Of a stretch of 64,000 nt of DNA, positions 40,619-50,204 are shown in pieces (the stretch's first letter is position 1; the number at the start of each line of letters is the position of its first letter). Origin of the DNA: Oikopleura dioica (lineage: Eukaryota > Animalia > Chordata); the NCBI GenBank assembly GCA_907165135.1, contig OU015566.1, forward strand, positions 11,966,001 to 12,030,000. The letters are read 5' to 3'. A model generated the notes under the pieces. The model saw only the letters and a list, made by a program, of their open reading frames with translations. It was not told the origin of the DNA and made no database searches. Made by a program: the position numbers and the translations under genes.

Positions 40619-43186
40619 ATGGCACGAGTAATTAGGAAGGGCTCTATTTTGATTACATAACGAATTTAACACGTTTGGTCAGCATTATCACGTAAATAGG
40701 GTGTGTGGAAAAAACAATTGTCTATAACTTCAGCCATTTGTACCGCTTTAACACCGCTTATACAATCAAATCATATTCTCCCAAATAATTAGCCTGAAAA
40801 AGATATGCTCTGCTAGGCACTTGTGCACACAGTACCGTCACAAGATGTCCCGCTGGCTGCGACTGTACAGCTGAACAATCCGGCGCCGGTACATTCGTCG
40901 ATTGCAAAGGCCGAGGACTAAAACGAATTCCGACAACGTAAGAATCTACTCACGGCTGAATGAGTAAATTTTCAGTTTTCCGGACGACGCGAGGACGATC
41001 GATCTGTCGGACAACGAAATCACCAGGCTCGATGAAATCCAGGAACTTGAGCAGCTGATTACGCTGAACTTGGCGAACAATCGGATATCCGAAATCGATC
41101 AAGATTTTTTCGATGACCTCGACGCTCTTACCACCCTCCACCTCTCTCACAATCATTTACGGTTTGTTCATAAATCATCAATTCAAAGCACGACTCAAAT
41201 CTAAAATTTTAGATTTATCGAAGACGATGTTTTCGAGTGGGGCCCTGAAAACCTTCGGCGATTTTACGTCGATCACAATCGTCTTGAATCCATTACTCAC
41301 TTCACATTCAACAACTTTGAAAGTCTTGAAACACTTGACATCTCCTCCAACTTCCTCTTCTATATCGACGACAACGCATTTGAAGACCTCGAAAACTTGC
41401 GATCAATCCGTCTTCACAACAACTCCCTTGTGAGTTTTCGTCCTCACTGGTTTGAGGACATTCTCTACAACTCTATCGACATCACCCTTCATGACAACCC
41501 ATGGTCATGTGACTCCGACACAGCTATTCTACTCGACTCCAATGAGTTCGACACCAATGGGTCTTCCAAAAGAATCCTCAAGGATGCAGTCAATGCTGGA
41601 AACTCGCGACTAGAATGCTCCAAGCCGGAAAGTCTAAGTGGCAGAAGTCTTTTCGACCTGAGACGAGAAGAAGTTGAAGACATATCTGAAGATATCAAAA
41701 TTCGATCGATCACGAGTTCGTTTGAAGTGAACGAAGGCGAAGCGATTCTTCTGCGATGCGAAGTCACAGGAATTCCAGTGCCGATCATCGATTGGTTCGC
41801 CCCCGATGGTGATGAATACTCAATTTCCAACGACGATTTTACGGACGTCCACATGCATCAAGACGGTACTCTCGTCATTTTACACGCAGAAGACTTGGAC
41901 GACGGAGAATACACCTGCACTGCTAAAAATAGCAAACACTCTGTCGAAGCAAAAACGACTGTATCTGTCAGGCGGTCCAATGTGGATAAAGATTTCGAAG
42001 TGTGCACTTACAATCCTGTCGATAAGACATTCTTCCACGATGTTGAAGGATGTGTATCACCTGTCGAGCAAGGAACTAGTTCTCCCATCGCAATTCAAAC
42101 GAGCGAAAGAAATACTGCCGAAAACTGTCCCCGAAGTTGCGAATGCTCTTACAAAACTGCTGATTGCTCTGATCAAAGTAAGACTTCCATGATTCCAATA
42201 TCTCCTCATCGCTCTCTTTAGATTTATTACAGTTGCCGAGGGTGGTTCCTCCGTACGTCAAGCAGTTGAACTTTCAAGACAACGATCTTATCGACTTGGA
42301 TGGTAATATATGTGAAGATTTCACATGGCTTGAAGAGCTACTAGCAGATCAGAACTCTGTCACCACTATAAGTCGCAGCGCCTTTAGCAACTGTCGAGCA
42401 TTGACCAAACTGACCTTGGCCAATAATCAAATACGGCTGCTTGAAAGTGGTCAATTTTCAGGGCTCACCAAGCTGGAAACATTAGACCTTAGGTATTTAG
42501 AATCGAATCTTTTCTGTAATTATTTCATTTATTTAGTGGAAATCTGATTCAACACATTCAAAATGGCGTCTTTTCCGGGCTTGTTAGTCTTGAGAGGGTA
42601 TTTCTAAGAGACAACGAGATCACGCAAATAGCATCAGATGCATTCCACAATCTTCCAGCTCTCAAACTCATCCATCTCCAGGAAAACAAAATATCAAGAC
42701 TCGAACGCGACTGGATAGAGGGTAAAGCAAATGCATCAGTATCAAATCTAAATACTTCTTTCAGGCGCAGCTTCGGTCACTCTTGCAACTATAGATCTTT
42801 ATGACAATAAAATTGATTGTTCCTGCAGCTTGAAAGAATTCGGCGCTCATCTAAGCTCGCCAACAAGCACAATTTTCAAGCTTATCAAGCCAGACGAGCT
42901 TTCATGCTCCTATCCGATATCGTTGAATGGGAAGCCACTGTCAGAGGTTTGTTAAATATCGATGAATCTCGTGATTATTCTGTAGCTCGATTTGGATACC
43001 CTTTCGTGCCAAGATGACAACTTACCCATCTACGATGATTACAAGGAATCTGGTGGCACGCATTTCATGACTTTCTTTGTTGGAATCATATTTTCAATTG
43101 CTGGATATCACGGTTATCAAAAATGGAAGATCTGGAGAAGTCGTCAGCCAATGCCAAGTCGAAGACGAGGTGAATCCCTGCTATAA
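40619..43186 (+). CDS. LRR-Ig-LRR single-pass receptor-like protein
   Basis: Signal peptide, LRRNT (CPAGCDC), LRRs, LRRCT (NPWSCD), Ig (LRCEVTG..W..DGEYTC), second LRRNT (CPRSCEC), LRRs, LRRCT (NKIDCSC), TM, short basic tail. Confidence 0.85.
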
Positions 43187-45311
43187 TCAAACATATAAAC
43201 ATAACTTCAAGGCGGTGTTAATGCAGATCTTGACTCCGGCTTGGCTCCACTAATAGGAGGATCAAATGACGACGAACGATTTGTATAAATAATGTTGCAC
43301 TCATGCATATTTATGATATAAAAAGTATCATAAAATGTTTATCTATTTAGACTTTATTACTTATCAAGACTTAGAACTTATTCCAAAAGTGAGAACGGTG
43401 CGTTTCTAAATTGCACTTTTCTGTATTTTCGTTACTGTAATTTTAACTCGATCAAACTTATCCTGCCTTTTCCTTTATCCGAGTTTACCTAAATCTCTTA
43501 TTTTCTGTAGATGCTCAATGATGGGCATTGAATTTCTTATTTCTGTACCTGAAAATGCCAAAAACATGAATAAAAAAAAGCCCAGACTAAAAAAACAATC
43601 CTTTCGGTTTTCGATAGAACACACCGCCACGCACTCGGGCGGGCAAATACGGTACTATCGAAACTTTGGATTTATGTACTTTGTGTGTTTATCGCAAGTG
43701 ACAGGCCGGTATTTGCGGTATCATCGTTTGCATGGGTTAAATATTAACCCTTGGTGGTTCGAACGAGAGGGCTCCAAAGGTCCGAAATTAGTCTATCCCA
43801 GACACACCATTTTCGTAAATTTTATTCGTATTTTTTCGAGAAATCCAATATTTTTTGAGCATTTTTCGAATCCCTACTTCAGTATAAGGTAAAGCTGGCT
43901 ACATAACGTACATGTGAATATTCAACACAACGTTAGGGCCTCTTGCCTACCACTGGATGGGAACGTTCGACCACCAACGGGTTAAAACAGAAATAGAGAT
44001 GCAGAGAGCTTTTGAATAGAGCATTGTTTTATATTTGGCAAGATAATTGTTATTGCGAGCATAGTTTTTTGATGAGGAAGTATTTCGTGGTCGCTCATTT
44101 GAATATTTGATTGTTCGAACATGGAACCAATAAACCCAAGAGTACATTTACAGCATCAGCGCTTGCATAAATTTAAACATGATGAGTCTTCCTGGCATGC
44201 GCATGGTCCAACTCTCGATTCTGGTGAACAAACGTCGCACATCCAATCGCAAAAGTCGCCAGAAACAGTAAAACAAGAAAGATAATTATGCAAATCCAGG
44301 TTCGATATAAAGACGCTAAAGTAACCCTCGTACAGTCAGAGGCGGAAGAATGTGTTTACTCACGTATTGGAAAGAAAAAGCGCCGGAAGAATGTCGTTTT
44401 CTCAGAATTGATGCAGTAATACTCGCCTGTGTCGAGCTCGCTTGCATTGCGCAGGTAAAACTCCCACTGACCTTCGACATTTCGACTGATTAAGTTGCTC
44501 AGTAAACTTTGACGGACTCACTCTCTTTCGAAAGAAAAGCAAAATCATAACGTTGGAATGTGTCAATAATTATCAAAGTTTGAATGAGAGGAGCCCAATT
44601 CTTGAGCCTTCGTTTTTGATCGCAAGAAATAAAGTTTCTTCTTTTCTATTTTTTCCATATAAATTTCGCCTGAGCTCCACCTCAAAAATCATCTTACCGC
44701 TTCGAAAAAGAACATTTTAATTACATAATCATAGTCCGAGTCGCATGACAAGGCAATACTCCCGCCAGTATGATAAAAAGTCGTTTGCGATATGAGTATA
44801 ATTATTTCTCTCAACGAAAGCATGGTCAATCGCTCGTCACTGCCACTTGATGCTCTAATTCACCGAGAACTGATGCTGTTAAAAAGCGCTGATTCGGAAA
44901 TCGATGTTCCGAATTTCTAATGAAAAGCAATCATTGATATTAATTAACTGCCGATTGAAGCTAAAAATAAGCGTCAGCGAAACAGGGATCTCTGACGAGT
45001 ACACAAAGTCATACCTCTCGTAATGAATAAAATATTGGGAAAGGTGTGAACATTGGGAAGCGATGTGGTTTCCCATGCGTATTTTGTACAGTAACTCGCT
45101 GTGAAAGGTTGAATGAAAGGATCTCAAACATATCTTAGAACTATGAAAGAATGATAAAAAGGCATTGCTGACTCTCTCTCCGGTCTTGATGATCGTATCA
45201 ATCCTCAAAAACAAGCACCAACCAGGTGAAACATATTCTAGCTCATTTTTAAATGCGGCTCCCTGGTGAGTTAATGCTTTCATTTTTTTATAAACAAACG
45301 ATTCAGAGAGC

Positions 45312-45677
45312 ATGACTTTTGCTGAATTCGACAGAGTGCACAGGCGATCGTTGCGAACAGTAAACGAGGTTCTCGGAACAAGACTCTTTCATCGAGAAAT
45401 TCCAGCTAGAGAAACTCATTGGGATCCTCCAAGCAGTTATGGAAGCAGGCCTACAAATCATTTGCAGCAGAGAATGAGTTCGTCGCGATTAGATTCTGGG
45501 AGGGACTTCCAATCACCATCGACGACTATGAGTTACGGAGGATATGGTCAGAGACATTATGAAGAAAGATCAGGTTCTTTGCCTAGGTCAAGCATTGGAG
45601 CAAGACGGCCAGAAAATATGGCAACCAGAAGACATCAGTATCACGAGGAACCTGCTTCTCAGTACAGTGATGGATAA
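45312..45677 (+). CDS. Possible intronless 121-aa low-complexity protein
   Basis: Open frame with ATG shortly after a TTCAG acceptor; no recognisable domain. Confidence 0.4.
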   Translation: MTFAEFDRVHRRSLRTVNEVLGTRLFHREIPARETHWDPPSSYGSRPTNHLQQRMSSSRLDSGRDFQSPSTTMSYGGYGQRHYEERSGSLPRSSIGARRPENMATRRHQYHEEPASQYSDG

Positions 45678-45712
45678 AAATTATAATCAAGACTTACAGC
45701 TGGATCTAACTG

Positions 45713-45739
45713 CGGTTAGGAATACCTCGTGCGCTAAGC
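45713..45739 (+). pseudogene. 3'-terminal 5S rRNA remnant
   Basis: CGGTTAGGAATACCTCGTGCGCTAAGC plus ATTTT matches the 3' end of the intact 5S gene. Confidence 0.8.
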
Positions 45740-45989
45740 ATTTTGATCCTTATTTTATCAGGAAAAGGGTCATCCTTTTTCCGTTTGGAAGGGATTGTAT
45801 AAATGTCTGATGGAATGAGAAAGCTTCTATATCGTTGAATTCAATTGCCTATGCGAAGAAGCTACCAAACGCGGGCCCCAGAGCATCGAGGAGATTTGGC
45901 GCCCTCCGCCGCGCGCTTTTCTGAAAATAGGCCGAAAATAGGAGCGCGCAGCGACAAAACGACCTCGAAATCAAGCACCCTCTCTCTAC

Positions 45990-46085
45990 ACTCATCCCAT
46001 TTTTGAGTCCGATTTCGATTGTCTAACAGGTAGGAATCGTCTCCATGCCCTCTCTCTCCTATCCCTCTCGCCTCTCACAAACAAA
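45990..46085 (+). ncRNA. Spliced-leader (SL) RNA gene copy 1 (exon 45990-46029; 3' end approximate)
   Basis: 40-nt leader identical in all copies and matching the recalled Oikopleura SL; followed by donor GTAGGA; conserved upstream block. Confidence 0.9.
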
Positions 46086-46133
46086 AATCTTCTAATCAAA
46101 GAAACGTTAGCTAGCCTCAAATGGAAGTTTCAT

Positions 46134-46544
46134 TTATTCGGTTTTATTGACAAAACTGACTGGAACGTTAGTGCCGTACTTTCTATCAGCAGTGAATAAA
46201 AGGTTTTTGCCATTGAATTTGGAGGAGAGTGACTCAAAGTCAACCGTTTTTGGTACAGAAAGGGTTCTCTTCCAGTTGTGTGCTGACTCGATCTTCACTC
46301 CTTCGATGATTTCTGATGTTTTTGATGAGCCAGAGATTTGCAGCTCTCTCTTCGACTCGTCCTTGGTGATTTTGAGGTCTTCCTTCTGCGTCGGAAGCGA
46401 CGCGAGATCAATTCTTGCTGACCAGGTTGTAAGAGTGATCATTTCTTGCGAAATGGAGTAGGGCTGGTAGCGACGATCACGGGATTTGCGCTGGATCGGG
46501 CGGTCGAATTCGGGAGAAAAGGGAAATCCGGCGATTTTAATCAT
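46134..46544 (-). CDS. Small heat-shock protein A (alpha-crystallin domain), intronless, 136 aa
   Basis: WSARIDL...DLKIT...LQISG...WKRTLSVPKTVDFESLSSKFNGKNLLFTA; C-terminal VPV (IXI-type) motif; TATAAAA upstream at 46613-46619. Confidence 0.8.
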   Translation of the reverse strand: MIKIAGFPFSPEFDRPIQRKSRDRRYQPYSISQEMITLTTWSARIDLASLPTQKEDLKITKDESKRELQISGSSKTSEIIEGVKIESAHNWKRTLSVPKTVDFESLSSKFNGKNLLFTADRKYGTNVPVSFVNKTE

Positions 46545-46612
46545 CTCTTGCTTTTTTTGTATCTCTTGGAAAGATTTCCCAGTATGAATGTGCTCTTGCT
46601 GAAACAAGCCCA

Positions 46613-46818
46613 TTTTATACTGTTGAAAACTTGGAGAACATTCGGGAAATCAAGTGTAGAAAATTCCAGAATATAACAGAACATTCCAGAACCAATGGAA
46701 CATTCGAGAAGACTGGTATCTTCACTGTAGATTCTTGAGAAAGAAGATTCCAGAACATTCTACACTGGAAAAAGAACCTGCTAGAAGAGACGACGACAGT
46801 CATCAGTGGCTATAAATA
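46613..46818. promoter_or_regulatory. Bidirectional heat-shock promoter: two TATA boxes flanking at least five HSE arrays
   Basis: nGAAnnTTCnnGAAn at 46635-46649, 46658-46672, 46678-46692, 46697-46711, and a four-unit array at 46742-46761; TATA boxes at 46613-46619 (-) and 46811-46818 (+). Confidence 0.88.
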
Positions 46819-46870
46819 CCGAGCGGGAGATGGCTTTCTCATCACACCAGAGATACAAAAACCAACGAAA

Positions 46871-47302
46871 ATGTTTACTTTTTCCAACGAACACTTCGAA
46901 CCGCTAATGAACCAGGTCTTTTCTGAGCTCGCCCATTCCGCCAACAAGCGTGGAGGATGCCGGCAAACTGCTGAGAAATCGAGCAAGTGGTGCAGCTGCA
47001 TCAACCTTTCTACCATCCCCACCAAGGCCGAGGAACTGCACGTGAAGGTAGACGAGAAGAGCCGCACTCTGACCGTGTCTGGACAGTCTGAAACGGAGTC
47101 TACTCGACGAGACGGATTGAAGATCTTTTCAACTCACGTCTGGACGAAAGAAATTCGAATTCCAGAGGATGTGGAGCTGAAGACGATCGCGTCCAAGTTG
47201 CACGAGAATCAGCTCACTTTCGTCGCCGAACGAGTGCAGAACGAAGAAGACAAGCAACAAGAAATTCCGATCGAGATCGTCGATACTCCTGCTCATGACT
47301 GA
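46871..47302 (+). CDS. Small heat-shock protein B (alpha-crystallin domain), intronless, 143 aa
   Basis: AEELHVKVD...LTVSG...WTKEIRIPEDVELKTIASKLHENQLTFVA; C-terminal IPI motif. Confidence 0.85.
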   Translation: MFTFSNEHFEPLMNQVFSELAHSANKRGGCRQTAEKSSKWCSCINLSTIPTKAEELHVKVDEKSRTLTVSGQSETESTRRDGLKIFSTHVWTKEIRIPEDVELKTIASKLHENQLTFVAERVQNEEDKQQEIPIEIVDTPAHD

Positions 47303-47433
47303 GACAGTCGATTTTCGCATATTCCTTTATTACCTGATTTTACGGAAAACACATAGATACAGTATTAACCTGCAATAAACATAATCCTGAGTCAAAAATT
47401 TGCTATATATGCTGGCTAGAACCGACCTCGTTC

Positions 47434-47551
47434 GCTTAGCGTCATACCGCGTAGAATAAACCAGTTCTCGTCCGATCACTGAAGTCAAACTACGACGGGC
47501 GGGGTTAGTACTTACATGGGTGACCGGTTGGGAATACCTCGTGCGCTAAGC
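47434..47551 (+). rRNA. 5S rRNA
   Basis: 118 nt, colinear with eukaryotic 5S (CATACC...TCTCGTCCGATC...GTTAGTACTT...GGGAATACC); terminal stem GCTTAGCG/CGCTAAGC; TTTT terminator. Confidence 0.95.
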
Positions 47552-47656
47552 ATTTTGACTTTTTTGCATAAAACAATCATTCTTTTTCACGACTAAACTT
47601 TCTTGATCCTCAATTATCATTTAATCGAGCTATAAGAAGCTATTGAAAAGATCCTA

Positions 47657-47817
47657 CAGTGGGTTGCGCAGGTACTGCACCCTTTGTGATTGCGGCGTTG
47701 CTGAACCCTTCGCCCGCGCTTTTTCTATTGTTTCTTTCTAGACTTGCTCAAAGTGATTGCGTGACTGGTGCACCCTTTACCCGCTCTTTAGGGGTGCACT
47801 ACCTGCGCAACCCACTG
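47657..47817. mobile_element. Tc1/mariner-type MITE, 161 bp
   Basis: TIR CAGTGGGTTGCGCAGGTA..TGCACCC; TA on both flanks; absent from the outer 5S-SL spacer. Confidence 0.75.
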
Positions 47818-47976
47818 TAATGTTTGCGACTGGGAAGTATTGATAGTTGAGCTTGCGTAGTGGGCTGCGTGGCACTTGTGAAAAAGCGCCCTCTACCGCG
47901 CGCTTTTCTGAAAACAGGTCGAAAATAGGAGCGCGCAGCGACAAAACGACCTCGAAATCAGGCACCCCTTCTCTTT

Positions 47977-48072
47977 ACTCATCCCATTTTTGAGTCCGAT
48001 TTCGATTGTCTAACAGGTAAGAATCGTCTCCATGCCCTATCTCTCCTATCCGTCTCGCCTCTCACAAATAAG
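47977..48072 (+). ncRNA. SL RNA gene copy 2 (exon 47977-48016; 3' end approximate)
   Basis: Exact 40-nt leader plus GTAAGA donor; same upstream block as copy 1. Confidence 0.92.
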
Positions 48073-48112
48073 AAAATTCTTTCGAAGGAGAACCTCAGAA
48101 CGGTTCTCCTTA

Positions 48113-49316
48113 GACGCGCTTTTTCTAAGGTGGGTTATTTCACCGACTTCTTGATTTTTAACCCTGGAACACCATACCTTTTTGGAATCAGCAGAAAATT
48201 TTAAGAACTTTGACCGTTTAAAATTCTAGAAATCTCCACTTCCGGTCGATTCTAGAGCCGGAAGTTGACGAAATATAGGACTTAGGGTGAAGTGTGACCT
48301 ATCAAATTGATGCTTAGAAGATTTCCTATGATTGAAAAGAAGAATTAACCCCGAGCGCGGCCAAGCCAACCGGTCAAAACAGAAAAAAAATGATAATTTC
48401 AAAAAAAATTTTTGCGAGTCTGGAAATCGTAAAAAATCTAAAAGTGCAGTTTTCTTCAGCTCGTTCAGACGAGTCGAATGGTGTGTCAAACTCTTGATAA
48501 CTCCAAGGATTGAAAATACGTTTCCGGTGGCCATTTTCGTTCTAGAAATGCTAAAATGATGATTGAGCCTGAAAACTGATCCTTATGGTTAGTTTTACTT
48601 TGGGCAAAAAGATATCGGTCAAATATGTAATACAACCTTGATTAATGATTAAAATTCTAAATTTTGTATGTATTTTGTTGTTGCTGCGCCTTCCTAATTT
48701 TCGGTCCCATTTTCATGTGAAAATACAATTTTAGTGATAAGCATGTCATGGTAAGAGATATTATTTTCATTTTTTAGCCCACATAAGAACTAACTTTGAG
48801 GATCAGTTTTCGGGTTCAATCGTCATTCTAGAATTTCTAGATCAAAAACGGCGACCGGAAACATATTTTCCGGTAACCAGCCGGTTTACGGGTCAATCCT
48901 TAGAGTTATCAAGAGCTTGACACACCATTCGACTCGTCTCAACGAGCTGAAGAAAACTGCACTTTTAGATTTTTACGATTTCCAGACCCGCAAAAATTTT
49001 TTTGAAATTATCAAATCATCAATTTATGCTTTTTTCAATATTTTACCGGTCGGTTTGACGATGTTTGGGATTTTTTCTTCTGATATACTGATTATAGGAT
49101 GACTCAAAATCTTCTGAGCGTCAATTTGATAGGTCACACTTCACCCTAAGTCCTATATTTCGTCAACTTCCGGCTCTAGAATCGACCGGAAGTGGAGATT
49201 TCTAGAATTTTAAACGGTCAAAGTTCTTAAAATTTTCTGCTGATTCCAAAAGGTATGGTGTTCCAGGGTTAAAAATCAAGAAGTCGGTGAAATAACCCAC
49301 CTTAGAAAAGCGCGTC
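48113..49316. mobile_element. TIR element family B at the palindrome axis (contains nested MITE C)
   Basis: ~200-bp TIRs starting GACGCGCTTTT; after removing 48392-49012 the interior aligns with the element at 49420-50009. Confidence 0.85.
48392..49012. mobile_element. MITE family C copy 2, nested, 621 bp
   Basis: GATAATTTC...GAAATTATC termini; 4-bp direct repeat AAAT on both flanks; homologous to 33928-34572. Confidence 0.85.
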
Positions 49317-49361
49317 TAAGGAGAACCGTTCTGAGGTTCTCCTTCGAAAGAATTTTCTTAT

Positions 49362-50045
49362 TTGTGAGAGGCGAGACGGATAGGAGAGATAGGGCATGGA
49401 GACGATTCTTACCTGTTAGGACGCGCTTTTTATGGTTGTGGAGGTTTTCTAGCCCACTTGCGCCTTATAAACCCTCGAACATTATACCTTTTTGGAATCA
49501 GGAAGAAATTTTAAGAACATTGACCGTTTTAGTTTCCGAAATTTCCACTTCCGGTCCGATTCTAGAGCTGGAAGTTGCCGAAATTTTTGAGTTTGGGCAA
49601 CTTGTGACCTATCAAATTGATGCTCAGAAGATTTCGAGTCATCTCATCTAAAAATCATTAAGAAAAACCATCCCAACCGCGGTCAAACCGACCGGCAAAA
49701 CTTGTAAAAAGGCATAAATTTGTGATTTTTCTTTCCGTTTTTAGCGGTTGATTTGACCGCTGTCGGCATTTATTCTTCTCTCAGATGATAGGAAATCTTC
49801 TGAGCATCAATTTGATAGGTCACAAGTTGCCCAAACTCAAAATTTTCGTCAACTTCCGGCTCTAGAATCGGACCAGAAGTGGAAATTTTAGAAACTAAAA
49901 CGGTCAAAGTTTTTAAAATTTCCTCCTGATTCCAAAAAGGTATAATGTTCAAGGGTTTATAAGGCGCAAGTGGGCTAGAAAACCTCCACAACCTTAAAAA
50001 AAGCGCGTCTAGACAATCGAAATCGGACTCAAAAATGGGATGAGT
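49362..50045 (-). pseudogene. SL RNA gene copy 3, leader exon split by a TIR element
   Basis: 33 nt of leader at 50013-50045, and the last 7 nt plus donor and intron at 49419 downward; separated by the element at 49420-50009. Confidence 0.9.
49420..50009. mobile_element. TIR element family B copy 2, 590 bp
   Basis: GACGCGCTTTT...AAAAGCGCGTC termini; TAG duplicated at 49417-49419 and 50010-50012. Confidence 0.88.
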
Positions 50046-50204
50046 AAAGAGAAGGGGTGCCTGATTTCGAGGTCGTTTTGTCGCTGCGCGCTCCTATTTT
50101 CGACCTGTTTTCAGAAAAGCGCGCGGTAGAGGGCGCTTTTTCACAAGTGCCACGCAGCCCACTACGCAAGCTCAACTATCAATACTTCCCAGTCGCAAAC
50201 ATTA

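Noticed and set aside
43518-45313. Several 66-144 aa ORFs
   Set aside because: No motifs or exon chains; treated as intergenic.
46545-46613. 159-aa and 217-aa N-terminally longer versions of sHSP-A/A' in the ORF track
   Set aside because: The extensions run through the TATA/HSE promoter and differ between arms; the shared ATG (46544/51462) lies downstream of the TATA box.
48226-49991. ORFs within the central TIR elements as transposases
   Set aside because: All are about 100 aa or shorter, with no DDE or other transposase motif; the elements are non-autonomous.
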